Translations under genes and position numbers: made by a program
Part shown: positions 10,599 through 21,212 of the stretch, in pieces
How positions within the stretch are numbered: position 1 is the stretch's first letter
How the letters are laid out: the number at the start of each line of letters is the position of its first letter
Origin: Burkholderiaceae bacterium
GTDB lineage: Bacteria; Pseudomonadota; Gammaproteobacteria; Burkholderiales; Burkholderiaceae_A
DNA length: 64,000 nucleotides
Direction: 5' to 3'
Assembly: GCA_018882795.1 (NCBI GenBank)
Contig: VERJ01000002.1
Location: 12,049-76,048 of the forward strand
Notes under the pieces: model-generated
Databases searched by the model: none
What the model was told of the DNA's origin: nothing
The model's input: the letters and a program-made list of their open reading frames with translations, nothing else

Positions 10599-11953
10599 TG
10601 GCGGCTGCAAAGCGCATGATGGCGGTACCCGCCACGCTGCCGCGCATGCGGATCTATGGTGGCCACCTGATCGATCCCGCCAGTGGCATCAATCAGCCGA
10701 TGGACCTCTGGATCGCCGATGGCAGTCTGGTGTCAATCACGCCGTCTGGGCACCGACTGGATGGATTTGTTGCCGATGAAGAGATCAATGCCACTGGCCA
10801 ATACATTTGCCCTGGATTGATTGATCTCTGTGCGCGGCTGCGTGAGCCTGGCTTTGAATACAAGGCCACACTGGAGTCCGAGATGCGCGCCGCGATTGCG
10901 GGCGGTGTGACCCGACTGGCCTGCCCACCCGATACCGATCCACCGCTGGATGAGCCGGGCTTGGTAGAGATGCTCAAGCATCGTGCCCGCAATCTGATCC
11001 AGGCCCATGTCCATCCGCTTGGCGCACTGACCGTCGGCTTAAAGGGTGAGCAGATCACCGAGATGGCCGAGCTCTCTGAAGCGGGCTGTGTTGGTTTTTC
11101 GCAGGGACCGATTCCAATCGTCAATACTCAGGTGCTGGTGCGGGCCATGCAGTATGCAAAGACCTTTGATTACTCGGTCTGGCTCTACCCTATGGATCCA
11201 TGGGTGGGCCGCTCAGGCGTGGCCCACTCTGGCCCCGTGTCGGGTCGGATGGGACTGCCCGGTATTCCTGTGGCCAACGAAACGATTGCGTTGCACACGA
11301 TATTTGAATTGATGCGCTCTACCGGCGCACGAGTCCATCTCTGTCGACTCTCATCGGCGGCGGGCGTGGAACTGGTGCGCCAAGCTAAACAGGAGGGTCT
11401 GCCCATTTCGGCGGATGTGGCCGTGCATCACCTGCATCTGATTGATGTTGATATTGCTGATTTTGATTCGAACTATCGGGTGCTACCGCCATTCCGTGGT
11501 CAGCGGGATCGCGAGGCACTGCGTGCCGCGGTGCTCGATGGCACGGTTGATGTGATCTGCTCGGACCATGCTCCGGTGGATGACGATGCCAAGCAGCTGC
11601 CCTTTGGGGAGGCCGAGCCTGGCGTGTCGGCCATTGAGCTGTTACTGCCTCTGACACTGAAGTGGGCCCAGGAGGCCAATGTGCCACTGGATCAGGCGCT
11701 GCGCCGACTCACGGTGAATGCAGCTGCAGTACTTGGCCGCGATGCAGGCCAGTTGTCGGTAGGTGGTCAGGCCGATATCTGCATTTTTGATCCCAAGGCC
11801 CACTGGATTGTCAATTCGCAGCAGCTGTTCTCCCAGGGGGCCAACACGCCTTATGTTGGACTGGAACTGCAGGGCCGGGTCCATGCGGTGCTTGTGGATG
11901 GCCGCTGCGTCTTTGATCGTGCCCGCGGCGGCTTCTTTCTTCAGTCACGCTGA
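10598..11953 (+). CDS. pyrC: Dihydroorotase-like ATCase partner (PyrC'/PyrX type)
   Basis: PGLIDLCARLREPG (the HxH zinc ligands are replaced), SDHAP; coupled to pyrB. Confidence 0.88.
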   Translation: MAAAKRMMAVPATLPRMRIYGGHLIDPASGINQPMDLWIADGSLVSITPSGHRLDGFVADEEINATGQYICPGLIDLCARLREPGFEYKATLESEMRAAIAGGVTRLACPPDTDPPLDEPGLVEMLKHRARNLIQAHVHPLGALTVGLKGEQITEMAELSEAGCVGFSQGPIPIVNTQVLVRAMQYAKTFDYSVWLYPMDPWVGRSGVAHSGPVSGRMGLPGIPVANETIALHTIFELMRSTGARVHLCRLSSAAGVELVRQAKQEGLPISADVAVHHLHLIDVDIADFDSNYRVLPPFRGQRDREALRAAVLDGTVDVICSDHAPVDDDAKQLPFGEAEPGVSAIELLLPLTLKWAQEANVPLDQALRRLTVNAAAVLGRDAGQLSVGGQADICIFDPKAHWIVNSQQLFSQGANTPYVGLELQGRVHAVLVDGRCVFDRARGGFFLQSR

Positions 11954-11959
11954 ATTCCC

Positions 11960-12742
11960 ATGATGCGTATTCTGTGGCGGGCAGTGCTGCTGTCGCTGCT
12001 GCTCTTGTTTGGCCTGCTGATTTTGTTTTCTTTTTACCGGTTTATCCCTCTGGCCCAGCGTTGTGCTGCCCGCAGAGTCTGGTCCCGGCTGCTGTTGGCC
12101 ATCGGTGGCGTGAGGCTTGAGGTTGAAAAGCCTCGCGGGCTGATTGCGGACTCCCCCATGCTGGTGGTGATGAACCATGTCTCATGGTTGGATATTTTTG
12201 TGCTCAATTCGGTGCTGCCTTCCACCTTCATTGCCAAGAGCGAGATCCGCCAGTGGCCCCTGGTGGGCTGGCTGCTGATGGGCGCCGATACGTTGTTCAT
12301 TGAACGGGCCAGCCGACATGCAGTCCGCCATGTCAATCATCGGATTCTCGAGCGGCTGCGCCGTGGTGAGCACGTGGCATTTTTCCCTGAGAGCACCACC
12401 AGCGATGGCACCCTGGTATTGCCGTTTCATTCCAGTCTTTTTGCGATGGCGGTGCCGCGTAAAAAAGGTGGCGATGAGTCGGGCACTGTATTGCTTGCGC
12501 CTCCCCGAGTGCTGCCGGTAGCCCTGCGGTATTTTCAGTACGATGCGCCCAGCTTGATTCCTGCCTATATTGGCGAGCAGACTTTTCTGGAGTCGGTGCT
12601 CGCGATTCTTACGGCGCGTGGCTTGAGCGTGCGTTTGCGAATTCTTGAGCCGATGCTGCCCGCAGATGCTGAGATCACTCGCCAGATGCTTGCCCAGATG
12701 GCCCACCGGCGGGTCAGTGCCGCGGTGGATGCGCTTGCCTAA
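11960..12742 (+). CDS. plsC: 1-acyl-sn-glycerol-3-phosphate acyltransferase family
   Basis: NHVSWLD, FIER and FFPEST motifs. Confidence 0.85.
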   Translation: MMRILWRAVLLSLLLLFGLLILFSFYRFIPLAQRCAARRVWSRLLLAIGGVRLEVEKPRGLIADSPMLVVMNHVSWLDIFVLNSVLPSTFIAKSEIRQWPLVGWLLMGADTLFIERASRHAVRHVNHRILERLRRGEHVAFFPESTTSDGTLVLPFHSSLFAMAVPRKKGGDESGTVLLAPPRVLPVALRYFQYDAPSLIPAYIGEQTFLESVLAILTARGLSVRLRILEPMLPADAEITRQMLAQMAHRRVSAAVDALA

Positions 12743-13561
12743 TTATTCCTCTTTGACTGCGGGCTCAAGGCTCGACTGCAGATAAACCTTGTGATCTTCC
12801 AGTCGGATCGCGCTGAGTTGACGGCCCCAGACACAGCCGGTGTCCAGCCCGATCAGATTGGGCCGGACGACCAGCCCCAATGTAGACCAGTGGCCGAACA
12901 CAATGCGTTGGGACTGTGTTTTTCTGTCCGGCATATCGAACCATGGGGTGAGCCCTGTGACTTGCTCCGGCGCAAGCTTGTTTTTGAATTCGGGAATACC
13001 GCGGGCATCAAGATAGCGTAGTCGTGTGAAGACACTGAGTGCGGCACGCATGCGTTTCTGGCCCTTAATGCCATCGGCCCAATGGGGTTTGGTGCCACTG
13101 ACCATCTCAGCAAGAAAATCTTTCCAGTGATGACTTTTCAGCCGCAGCGATACCTCATGTGCGAGGGACATGGTGTGACGCAGGGTCCAGTGGGGCAGCA
13201 CGCCCGCATGGACCATCAGGGTGTCGCCATCATGGTAGGCCAGCGGCCGTCTGCGTAGCCAGTCAATCAGATCAGCGGCATCGCGTGCGCGCAGGACCTG
13301 TTGGATGGTGTCCAGGGGCTGTGGCTTGCGCACGCCTGCTGCAAGTGCCAGCAGATGCAGGTCATGGTTACCCAACACAGAGACCGCACTGCGACCGGCT
13401 GACATCAGACGGCGCAGCACTTTGAGCGATTTCGGCCCACGGTTGACCAGGTCGCCCACGAACCAGAGCTGGTCGCGTCTCGGATTGATGGGCATTTGGG
13501 CCGCCAGCGCTTCAAGACTGTCCCAGCAGCCTTGCACATCGCCTATTACGTATCGGGCCAT
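12743..13561 (-). CDS. apaH: Symmetrical Ap4A hydrolase
   Basis: IGDVQGC, GDLVNRGP, GNHD, FGHWS, LDTGCVWG. Confidence 0.95.
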   Translation of the reverse strand: MARYVIGDVQGCWDSLEALAAQMPINPRRDQLWFVGDLVNRGPKSLKVLRRLMSAGRSAVSVLGNHDLHLLALAAGVRKPQPLDTIQQVLRARDAADLIDWLRRRPLAYHDGDTLMVHAGVLPHWTLRHTMSLAHEVSLRLKSHHWKDFLAEMVSGTKPHWADGIKGQKRMRAALSVFTRLRYLDARGIPEFKNKLAPEQVTGLTPWFDMPDRKTQSQRIVFGHWSTLGLVVRPNLIGLDTGCVWGRQLSAIRLEDHKVYLQSSLEPAVKEE

Positions 13562-13624
13562 GGATTCTGGCGTGAGTCCTTAAAATGGAGGGCCAATTGT
13601 CGCATCCTGCCAAGGAGAGAGTTT

Positions 13625-15025
13625 TTGCAGCCTGCCGCCTCGATATTCAAAGCCTACGACATCCGTGGTGTGGTCGACGACACACTGACCGAGCCGGTCG
13701 TGCGGGCCATTGGCATGGCACTGGGCCTCTTGGTAGCCCGTGCGGGCCCAAGCGCATGCGTGGTGGGCAGGGATGGCCGACTCTCGGGACCGCGGCTGGT
13801 GGATGCCTTGGCCGATGGGCTTATGGCCAGCGGTATTGATGTGCTGGATGTCGGCCAGGTGCCGACACCGGTGGTGTATTTCGGCACCGTGGCATCGGGC
13901 TGCGGTTCGGGGGTCGCTGTCACAGGTAGCCACAATCCACCGCAGTACAACGGACTGAAGATGATGGTGGGCGGCGTGACCCTCTGGGGTGATGCGATTG
14001 GGCGTATTCGCGAGCTCATCTTATCGGGCGAGGCCCAGCGTCATGTGGATGCACTTGACGCTACCCGCCGCGGCAAGAGGATTCCGTCGCCCAAGATCGC
14101 TTCGGACTATGCCAATGCCATCGTGCAGGATGTGCGCCTGGCGCGTCCCATGACGATTGCGGTCGATGCGGGCAATGGGGTGGCTGGGGGTATGGCGCCT
14201 GAGCTGCTTGCCCGGATTGGTTGCCACGTGAAACCGCTATTTTGCGAGGTCGATGGCAACTTTCCCAATCATCATCCCGACCCCGCCCATGTGGAGAATC
14301 TCCAGGATCTGATTGATTGTGTTCGCACCACAGATGCCGAAATCGGCCTGGCCTTCGATGGGGATGGTGATCGGCTCGGCGTGGTGACCAAATCCGGCGC
14401 AATTATCTGGCCTGATCGCCAACTCATGTTGTATGCCGCCGATGTCTTGGCAGTACGCCCGGGTGGTCAGATTATTTTTGATGTGAAATGCACGCGACAT
14501 GTCGCATCCTGGGTCCGTCAGCACGGTGGTGTGCCCTTGATGTGGAAGACCGGACACTCCCTGATCAAGGCCAAGCTGAAGGAAACCGGTGCACCCCTTG
14601 CTGGAGAGATGAGCGGCCACATCTTCTTCAACGACCGCTGGTATGGTTTTGATGATGCGCTCTACACGGCGGCCCGACTGCTCGAGATCGTTTCCCGTGT
14701 TGATGACCCCTCTGCCTTGCTGGAGTCTCTTCCCGACTCGGCGTCAACACCGGAGCTGCAACTCGCTACGCAGGAAGGTGAGAATTTCTCTATCGTGGAA
14801 CGGCTGCGGCAGGAGGGCCACTTTCCATCGGCGACAGAGTGCATCACGATTGATGGGATTCGTGTCGAGTATGCCGATGGTTTCGGGTTGGCGCGGCCAT
14901 CCAACACCACGCCCGTGATTGTGATGCGTTTCGAGGCCGACAATCCTGTGGCCTTGGCCAGAATCCAATCTGAATTTCGTGACAATTTCTCCCGGCTGCT
15001 GCCGGATGTGAGGCTGCCGTTTTAG
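13625..15025 (+). CDS. Phosphomannomutase/phosphoglucomutase (AlgC type)
   Basis: IFKAYDIRG, TGSHNP, FDGDGDR, GEMSGH; TTG start after an AAGGAG RBS. Confidence 0.93.
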   Translation: MQPAASIFKAYDIRGVVDDTLTEPVVRAIGMALGLLVARAGPSACVVGRDGRLSGPRLVDALADGLMASGIDVLDVGQVPTPVVYFGTVASGCGSGVAVTGSHNPPQYNGLKMMVGGVTLWGDAIGRIRELILSGEAQRHVDALDATRRGKRIPSPKIASDYANAIVQDVRLARPMTIAVDAGNGVAGGMAPELLARIGCHVKPLFCEVDGNFPNHHPDPAHVENLQDLIDCVRTTDAEIGLAFDGDGDRLGVVTKSGAIIWPDRQLMLYAADVLAVRPGGQIIFDVKCTRHVASWVRQHGGVPLMWKTGHSLIKAKLKETGAPLAGEMSGHIFFNDRWYGFDDALYTAARLLEIVSRVDDPSALLESLPDSASTPELQLATQEGENFSIVERLRQEGHFPSATECITIDGIRVEYADGFGLARPSNTTPVIVMRFEADNPVALARIQSEFRDNFSRLLPDVRLPF

Positions 15026-15066
15026 CATCCAAACTCTCTGGCCGTGCGGGTACAGCACCGCTTACG

Positions 15067-16077
15067 GTGTGTCGTGCCCTGCTGATCAAGACCAGCTCTA
15101 TGGGCGACCTTGTGCATATGCTCTCTGCGGTGCAGGAGGCTGCTGCGGCCGCGCCATCGGTGCGATTCGATTGGGTCTGTGAAGAGGCCTTTGTTGATCT
15201 TCCTCGGCTCTCGCCTGCAGTGGATCGTGTGATTGTGGTGGCCACAAGACGCTGGCGACACTCCCTCGGCTCGGTGCAGACACGGGCTGAAATTCGTCGC
15301 TTTGTTGCCGAACTGCGCGCAACCCGCTATGACCTTGTGATTGATGCCCAGGGGCTCTTGAAGACGGCCTGGATTACCGCCCTTGCCCGCTGCAACCGCT
15401 CATCTCGCTGGGGTTTTGATTGGTCGAGCAGTCGGGAGCCACTCTCTATTTTGGCGACGGGGCGCAGGGTTCATGCACCTTTTCAATGGCATGCGATTGA
15501 GCGTCTGCGCACCCTGATGGGCCAGGCACTGGGCTACTTTCCAAGCGGTCCGATTGCGACCTTGGATGCACCCACTCCGGATGCCTCGGTGGCCCACGCT
15601 GCAGGTACTCAGGCAAGCATTGTGCCCACCGTGATGTTTCTGCATGGCACTTCGCGTGAACAGAAGTCCTGGCCTGCGAGCGATTGGGCGGTGCTGGGTA
15701 AGGCGCTCACAGCGCAGGGATTTCATGTCCTGCTGCCTCAGGGGTCCGCATCTGAGGCCCACAATGCGATGCAGATCGCGAAGGCGATCGGCCCATCAGC
15801 CAGGGTCCTTCCAGAGTCCTCGATTGGTGCGCTTGCGGCATTGATGCGACAGTCGGCGGTGGTGATCGGTGTCGACAGCGGCCTGATGCATCTTGCAGTG
15901 GTACTTGGCGTTCCCACTGTGGCAATCATGGCGGCATCGCATTTAGAGCGTTTCTCTGCAGCGCGCTTTGCGCCGACCTGGGCAGGCCATGCCCAGGTCG
16001 TGACACGGCCGGATTCGGAGACACCTATTTCAGTGAATCAGGTGTTTGGGGCCTGCAAGGCTGTGGGTGTGCTTTGA
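15067..16077 (+). CDS. waaC: LPS heptosyltransferase I (GT9)
   Basis: IKTSSMGDLVH, DAQGLLK, GVDSGLMHLA. Confidence 0.88.
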   Translation: MCRALLIKTSSMGDLVHMLSAVQEAAAAAPSVRFDWVCEEAFVDLPRLSPAVDRVIVVATRRWRHSLGSVQTRAEIRRFVAELRATRYDLVIDAQGLLKTAWITALARCNRSSRWGFDWSSSREPLSILATGRRVHAPFQWHAIERLRTLMGQALGYFPSGPIATLDAPTPDASVAHAAGTQASIVPTVMFLHGTSREQKSWPASDWAVLGKALTAQGFHVLLPQGSASEAHNAMQIAKAIGPSARVLPESSIGALAALMRQSAVVIGVDSGLMHLAVVLGVPTVAIMAASHLERFSAARFAPTWAGHAQVVTRPDSETPISVNQVFGACKAVGVL

Positions 16078-17537
16078 TGACGCAGATCCAGGAATCGTTT
16101 GTGGAACGTTTGGCACGTTGGGCCTACGGTGTCTTTGGCGTAGCGATGCTGCCTGTGCTGGTACTGCATCTTTTCTGGCGCGGCCTGCGGCAGCGTGATT
16201 ATTGGCGGCACTGGTCTGAGCGATTCTCGGGTGGTCCGCCTGTATCCGAACATCAACTTCCTGGCTGGCTTGGTGGCGCTCGCGATCCCGATCAGGCCGT
16301 GCTGTGGATTCATGCAGTCTCGGTGGGCGAGACCCGGGCCGCTGCCCCCTTGATTGATCGTTGGCTTGCCCAGTCCGATCGGCATGTTGTGCTGCTCACC
16401 CACACCACACCCACGGGCAGAGCAACGGGTGCTGATCTTTTTGCGAGATGGCTGACACAGCCCGCGCCGCGTCTTGTCCAGCGTTATCTTCCCTATGATT
16501 TTTCGTGGGCGAATCACCGATTTTTGACATCGGTCAGGCCCACCCTTGGCGTGCTGATGGAGACCGAACTCTGGCCTAATCTCTTGGCCCAGGCCCGTGC
16601 GTTACGACTCCCAGTAGCACTCATCAACGCGCGTCTGTCACCCCGATCGCGTGAGCGGCTGCGTCGTTTTCGCTGGCTGTCGCGGCCCGCTGTCGCAGGC
16701 CTTGTTGGGATCGCCGCACAGACATCACGCGATGCGCAGGGCTTTGAGGCAGTCTTGATGCTTTCACCAAAGGATTCGTATGCGCGGCCACGCATTGAGA
16801 TTCTGGGCAATATGAAATTTGATGTGGATATTCCCGAGTCCATGCGCGCACTGGGCCAGCAGTGGCGTACGCTGTTCATCTCGCAGCATGCCCAGTCTGC
16901 TGGGGATTCATCACGCATCTGGGCTGCAGTGAGCACGCGTGAAGATGAGGAGTCAGCCCTGTTGGATGCCTGGCTGGCGGCACGCCGAGAGGGCCGGCTG
17001 ACTTTGCGCGATCACTTGTTGATCGTCCCGCGTCATCCGCAGCGATTCGAACGCGTGGCGCAACTGATCCGTGAGCGTGGACTCATGGTGTGCTGCCGCT
17101 CACAGGACTGGTCCGCACCAGACATGACTCAGCCAGCACCGACGCAGTTGATGGCTGCGAGAGATACCGTCTGGCTGGGGGATAGTTTGGGCGAGATGTT
17201 TGCTTACCTGCAGATGGCTGACATTGTGCTGATTGGCGGCAGCGTCAAACCATTGGGGGGGCAGAATCCGCTAGAGGCCTGCGCCCTGGGCAGGCCTGTG
17301 TTTTTTGGCCCACACATGTTCAATTTTTATGAAATTGCCCGCGAATTGAAGTCCTGTGGGGCGGGGGTAGAAGTAATCGATGCCGCCGACTGGATCACTC
17401 GGGGACTGCAGTTACTGAAAGATGATGCGCAGATGAGCAAACGCGCCGCCCAGGCATTGGCGTTTTCACAACTGCATCGCGGCGCCACTGCCAGGACCGA
17501 GGTTTTTCTGAACGCTATTTTGCAAGCAGCCCGTTGA
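16077..17537 (+). CDS. waaA: Kdo transferase
   Basis: WIHAVSVGE, YLPYD, ETELWP, GNMKFD, VPRHPQRF, GGQNPLE. Confidence 0.95.
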   Translation: MTQIQESFVERLARWAYGVFGVAMLPVLVLHLFWRGLRQRDYWRHWSERFSGGPPVSEHQLPGWLGGARDPDQAVLWIHAVSVGETRAAAPLIDRWLAQSDRHVVLLTHTTPTGRATGADLFARWLTQPAPRLVQRYLPYDFSWANHRFLTSVRPTLGVLMETELWPNLLAQARALRLPVALINARLSPRSRERLRRFRWLSRPAVAGLVGIAAQTSRDAQGFEAVLMLSPKDSYARPRIEILGNMKFDVDIPESMRALGQQWRTLFISQHAQSAGDSSRIWAAVSTREDEESALLDAWLAARREGRLTLRDHLLIVPRHPQRFERVAQLIRERGLMVCCRSQDWSAPDMTQPAPTQLMAARDTVWLGDSLGEMFAYLQMADIVLIGGSVKPLGGQNPLEACALGRPVFFGPHMFNFYEIARELKSCGAGVEVIDAADWITRGLQLLKDDAQMSKRAAQALAFSQLHRGATARTEVFLNAILQAAR

Positions 17538-18882
17538 TATCGTCGATATCAGATTCCGACAGCGCGCCTGCCGAGGCCTTCAGTTTCAGGCTGTTGATCA
17601 GGGTGTCATAGCGAGCCTTTGAGAGATCACGCTGCGTCGTGTAGAGCTGCTGTTGGGCATTCAGTACATCGATATTGATGCGCACACCGACCTCATAACC
17701 CAGCAGGTTGGACTCCAGGGCGAGGCGGCTGGATCTCTCGGCGGCTTCATAAGCCTTGACTTGTGAAAGACCGGCCAACACACCAAGAAAGGCGGTCTTT
17801 GCAGTCTGCTCGGCATTGCGCCGCTCGTTTTCAAGATCAAAGAGGGCCTTATCGCGCAGGGCGACGACCTCCTTGGCCTTATTCATGGCAATGCCGCCAT
17901 TAAAAAGCGGGAGTGTGAGTTCTAATGACAGCGTGTCGGTATCAGCGCGTGGATAGACGTTGGTTGACAGCGTTAGTGGATCAACCCTGCGCTTCTGCGC
18001 GACCAGGTCAATGGTGGGCATGTTGTCCGCTGAGATTACGCGCGTGACCTCGCTCTTGGCGATTTCTGCAGCGGAGGCGGCAGCCTGTACCTTCAGGCTG
18101 GCTTCGCGGGCCTGCTCGACCCATTTGGAGACATCCAGGGGTTCGGGATTGCTCAGGCTGACAGCGTCTTTCAGGCCGCTCAGCCGCTGGGGCAGAGGCT
18201 GGCCCACCAGAAGATTCAGCGCGTTGCGCTTCACATCCAGGTCGTTTCTGGCAGCGATCTGTTTGGCGGTGGCCAGATCGAAGCGGGCCTGGGCCTCTTG
18301 CTGATCGGTGATCGTGGCTGTGCCCACTTCAAAATTACGCTTGGCGGACTCAAGCTGCGCGCCAATGGCCTTCAGCTCCGCATCGACGCTGGCCAGGCTG
18401 TCCTGGGCCACCAGCACATCAAAATAGGCTTGTGTGACCCTGAGCAGGGCATCGATTCTCGCTTGGGTGAAATTGGCCTCACCGGCGCGCGTGCGTTCAC
18501 GTTCCTGATTAAACGCCGCCAGCCGTTCCATACGAAAGATCGGCTGAGTGAGTGTGGCCACATAGGTTGTGCCGAGTCGCCCTGAATAGCTCAGATTGGC
18601 GGCCGGGATTGATGCGGCTGGGTTGTTACCTACGGTGAAGTCTGTCTGAGATCTGTTGGCCGTGAAGGTCGCCGCCGGGAGCAGCAACCCAAGCCCCTGG
18701 CCGAATCGGGTGGCGTCGGCCTCGGCCTTTTTGCGGGCCGCCAGGAAAGTGGCGTCGTGCTGCAGGGCCTGCCTAGCTGCCGCCGAGAGATCAAAACCGA
18801 GGGCGGTGCTGCAGCCCAGTCCAATGACTGCTGCAGCAAGACTGCCTGATCTAAAACCTGAAGTGCGAAATCTTTGGGGCAT
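17515..18882 (-). CDS. tolC: TolC family outer membrane efflux protein
   Basis: LTQPIF, RNFEVG, YEVGVRINIDVLNAQQQL. Confidence 0.92.
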   Translation of the reverse strand: MPQRFRTSGFRSGSLAAAVIGLGCSTALGFDLSAAARQALQHDATFLAARKKAEADATRFGQGLGLLLPAATFTANRSQTDFTVGNNPAASIPAANLSYSGRLGTTYVATLTQPIFRMERLAAFNQERERTRAGEANFTQARIDALLRVTQAYFDVLVAQDSLASVDAELKAIGAQLESAKRNFEVGTATITDQQEAQARFDLATAKQIAARNDLDVKRNALNLLVGQPLPQRLSGLKDAVSLSNPEPLDVSKWVEQAREASLKVQAAASAAEIAKSEVTRVISADNMPTIDLVAQKRRVDPLTLSTNVYPRADTDTLSLELTLPLFNGGIAMNKAKEVVALRDKALFDLENERRNAEQTAKTAFLGVLAGLSQVKAYEAAERSSRLALESNLLGYEVGVRINIDVLNAQQQLYTTQRDLSKARYDTLINSLKLKASAGALSESDIDDINGLLAK

Positions 18883-19543
18883 CTTCAAGGGGCTTGGTCA
18901 GGGTTTCAAATAAGACAGTGCTGCGGATGCCATCGGCTGAGTGGGCAGCACTGGTTCCAACGCGCTCAACCAGTAAGGCCTGCATCACTGGGGCTGTGCC
19001 CACGATGGCAACGAGTCTGCCGCCTGGGCTGAGCTTGCGGATCAGGTGCTCGGGGATTTTTTCCACCGCACCCGAGATGGCAATCGCATCAAAAACATTG
19101 TGATCCCAGCGGGTGTTTTCCGCTAAACCATTGGCGTGCACAACCTCGACATTCGAGATGGCCGCCTGGCTGAGATTTTCCTGTGCAAGGGTCACCAGGC
19201 TTTCGTATTTCTCGACAGTGAGGACCTGGGCAGACTGTCGGGCCATGAGCCCTGCCATGTAGCCTGAACCGGCGCCGATTTCCAGCACCCGATCAGAGGG
19301 GGTAAGGTTGAGTTCCTGCAGCAGCCTGGCCTCGACCTTCGGGGCCAGCATGACCTGACCCTCTGGCAAGGGCAATTCCATATCGACGAACGCTAGGTGA
19401 CGATGCGATCGCGGCACGAAATCTTCGCGATGCAGTTCCGCAAGCAGGGTGAGCACATTGGGATCAAGCACGTTCCACGGCCGAATCTGCTGCTCGATCA
19501 TCTTCGAGCGTGCCTTCTCGGTGTTGTTGAAATCGGGGTTCAT
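18851..19543 (-). CDS. pcm: Protein-L-isoaspartate O-methyltransferase family
   Basis: MIEQQIRPW, VLEIGAGSGY, GGRL; usual position upstream of tolC. Confidence 0.88.
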   Translation of the reverse strand: MNPDFNNTEKARSKMIEQQIRPWNVLDPNVLTLLAELHREDFVPRSHRHLAFVDMELPLPEGQVMLAPKVEARLLQELNLTPSDRVLEIGAGSGYMAGLMARQSAQVLTVEKYESLVTLAQENLSQAAISNVEVVHANGLAENTRWDHNVFDAIAISGAVEKIPEHLIRKLSPGGRLVAIVGTAPVMQALLVERVGTSAAHSADGIRSTVLFETLTKPLEDAPKISHFRF

Positions 19544-19574
19544 GTCAGGCTCCAGCAAGACCCCGAGTCTAGCA

Positions 19575-20258
19575 CTAGCTGCCCTCGGGGGGCCTGCCCG
19601 TCGTGGGGAGCATCACGCTGCGGATGGCCATATCGATGGCCTCCCGGACGTAGGCCCGCTCATCAATGGGGCTCACGCTGTGGTCATGCAATGCCTGTCG
19701 CCACAGGGCCAGCCAGGACAGGGGGGCCAGTAGCACCTTGATCCGTTCGCGGGAGATTTCGCCTCGTACCTCACCGCGCTCCACGCCACGCTTGAGTAAT
19801 TTGGTGAGTTGTTCATGCACAGGACCCATCACTTCGCGCAGATAAGATTCGGCCAGATGCGGAAAGTTGTTCGATTCGGCCAATACGATGCGCGCAATCA
19901 GGTAGAGCTGCGACTCCAGGAATTGGTCCCAGCCCCAGCCGAGAAACTCCCGCAACATCACCTCGGTGCTCTGGCTGTCGTCATCTTTACGATTGCTGAT
20001 TGCCTCAATCCAAGGGGCCGCCCGTTCGCGAATCACGGCCTCGAACAAGTCTTGCTTGCTGGCGAAATATAAATACACGGTGCCCTTCGAGATGCCGGCC
20101 TTCGCCGCAACATCATCAAGCCGCGTTTGTGAATAGCCAAACTCCGCAAATAGGCTGAGCGCGGCATTGATCAACTCCTGGGGGCGGGCGTCCTTGCGGC
20201 GCTTCCAGCGTGGGCCAGGTTTTTCTTTATCGATTTCAATGACGGCGGATTCTTGCAT
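19575..20258 (-). CDS. TetR/AcrR family regulator
   Basis: RRKDARPQEL, VAAKAGISKGTVYLYF HTH. Confidence 0.9.
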   Translation of the reverse strand: MQESAVIEIDKEKPGPRWKRRKDARPQELINAALSLFAEFGYSQTRLDDVAAKAGISKGTVYLYFASKQDLFEAVIRERAAPWIEAISNRKDDDSQSTEVMLREFLGWGWDQFLESQLYLIARIVLAESNNFPHLAESYLREVMGPVHEQLTKLLKRGVERGEVRGEISRERIKVLLAPLSWLALWRQALHDHSVSPIDERAYVREAIDMAIRSVMLPTTGRPPEGS

Positions 20259-20312
20259 CGCGCGTATTGTAATCAGAGTGCATAATGACTCCGCTTCTCT
20301 GTCCCCGAATTT

Positions 20313-21212
20313 ATGGAACTCATTCTTCACGCGTTGCGCGACCTCCCCTTGCTTGTCAAAGCCCTGTTCATGGGGGTCGTCGAGGGGGTTACGGAATTCC
20401 TCCCGATTTCATCAACCGGCCACCTGATCTTGTTTGGGGCGCTATTGGGCTTCGATGATGCCCGTGCAAAGGTGTTTGATCTTGCGATCCAGACCGGGGC
20501 GATGGTGGCGGTCATTTGGAATTATCGTGAACGCTTTGGCCAGATCCTCAGCCGGGAGTTGCCGGCTTTTTTCGGGAAACTCCCTAGTGCCTTGTTGGAC
20601 CGACAGGTGCGGCTGCAGTGGTTCTCCGATCCCGCATGGCAACTGTCACGGCATCTGATGATTGCCTTCGTGCCTGCAGCCGTGTTGGGGCTGCTTTTTG
20701 GTAGTTGGATCAAGCAGGCGCTGTTTCATCCGGTGCCTGTTGCGACGGTGCTGATTCTGGGCGGCCTGGTGATTCTTTTCGTGGAGCGCTGGTGCCTTGC
20801 CAAGCCCCAACGGCTCCGTATCCAAGAGGTATCGGATCTGAATAATCTTGATGCCCTGAAACTCGGGATTGCCCAGGCCTTTGCCCTGATTCCTGGCACC
20901 AGCCGCTCCGGCGCCACGATTATCGGCGGCATGATTTTTGGCTTATCGCGCAGGGCTGCAACGGAGTTTTCGTTTTTTCTTGCGGTGCCAACACTGATCG
21001 CGGCTGGCGCCTATGACCTGCTGCGCAATCGCGCGTTGATTCGTCTGGAGGATCTTCCGATGTTTGGGCTGGGGCTGTTATCGGCCTATGTGTCGGCCCT
21101 GGTCGTGATTCGTTGGCTGATTCGCTGGGTGAGCCAGCACAGCTTTAACGGCTTTGCGGTCTATCGTATCCTGGCCGGCATGATTGTTTTGGTGGCCATT
21201 TATTTTTTTTGA
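20313..21212 (+). CDS. uppP: Undecaprenyl-diphosphate phosphatase
   Basis: VEGVTEFLPISSTGH, PGTSRSGATI, EFSFFL. Confidence 0.96.
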   Translation: MELILHALRDLPLLVKALFMGVVEGVTEFLPISSTGHLILFGALLGFDDARAKVFDLAIQTGAMVAVIWNYRERFGQILSRELPAFFGKLPSALLDRQVRLQWFSDPAWQLSRHLMIAFVPAAVLGLLFGSWIKQALFHPVPVATVLILGGLVILFVERWCLAKPQRLRIQEVSDLNNLDALKLGIAQAFALIPGTSRSGATIIGGMIFGLSRRAATEFSFFLAVPTLIAAGAYDLLRNRALIRLEDLPMFGLGLLSAYVSALVVIRWLIRWVSQHSFNGFAVYRILAGMIVLVAIYFF

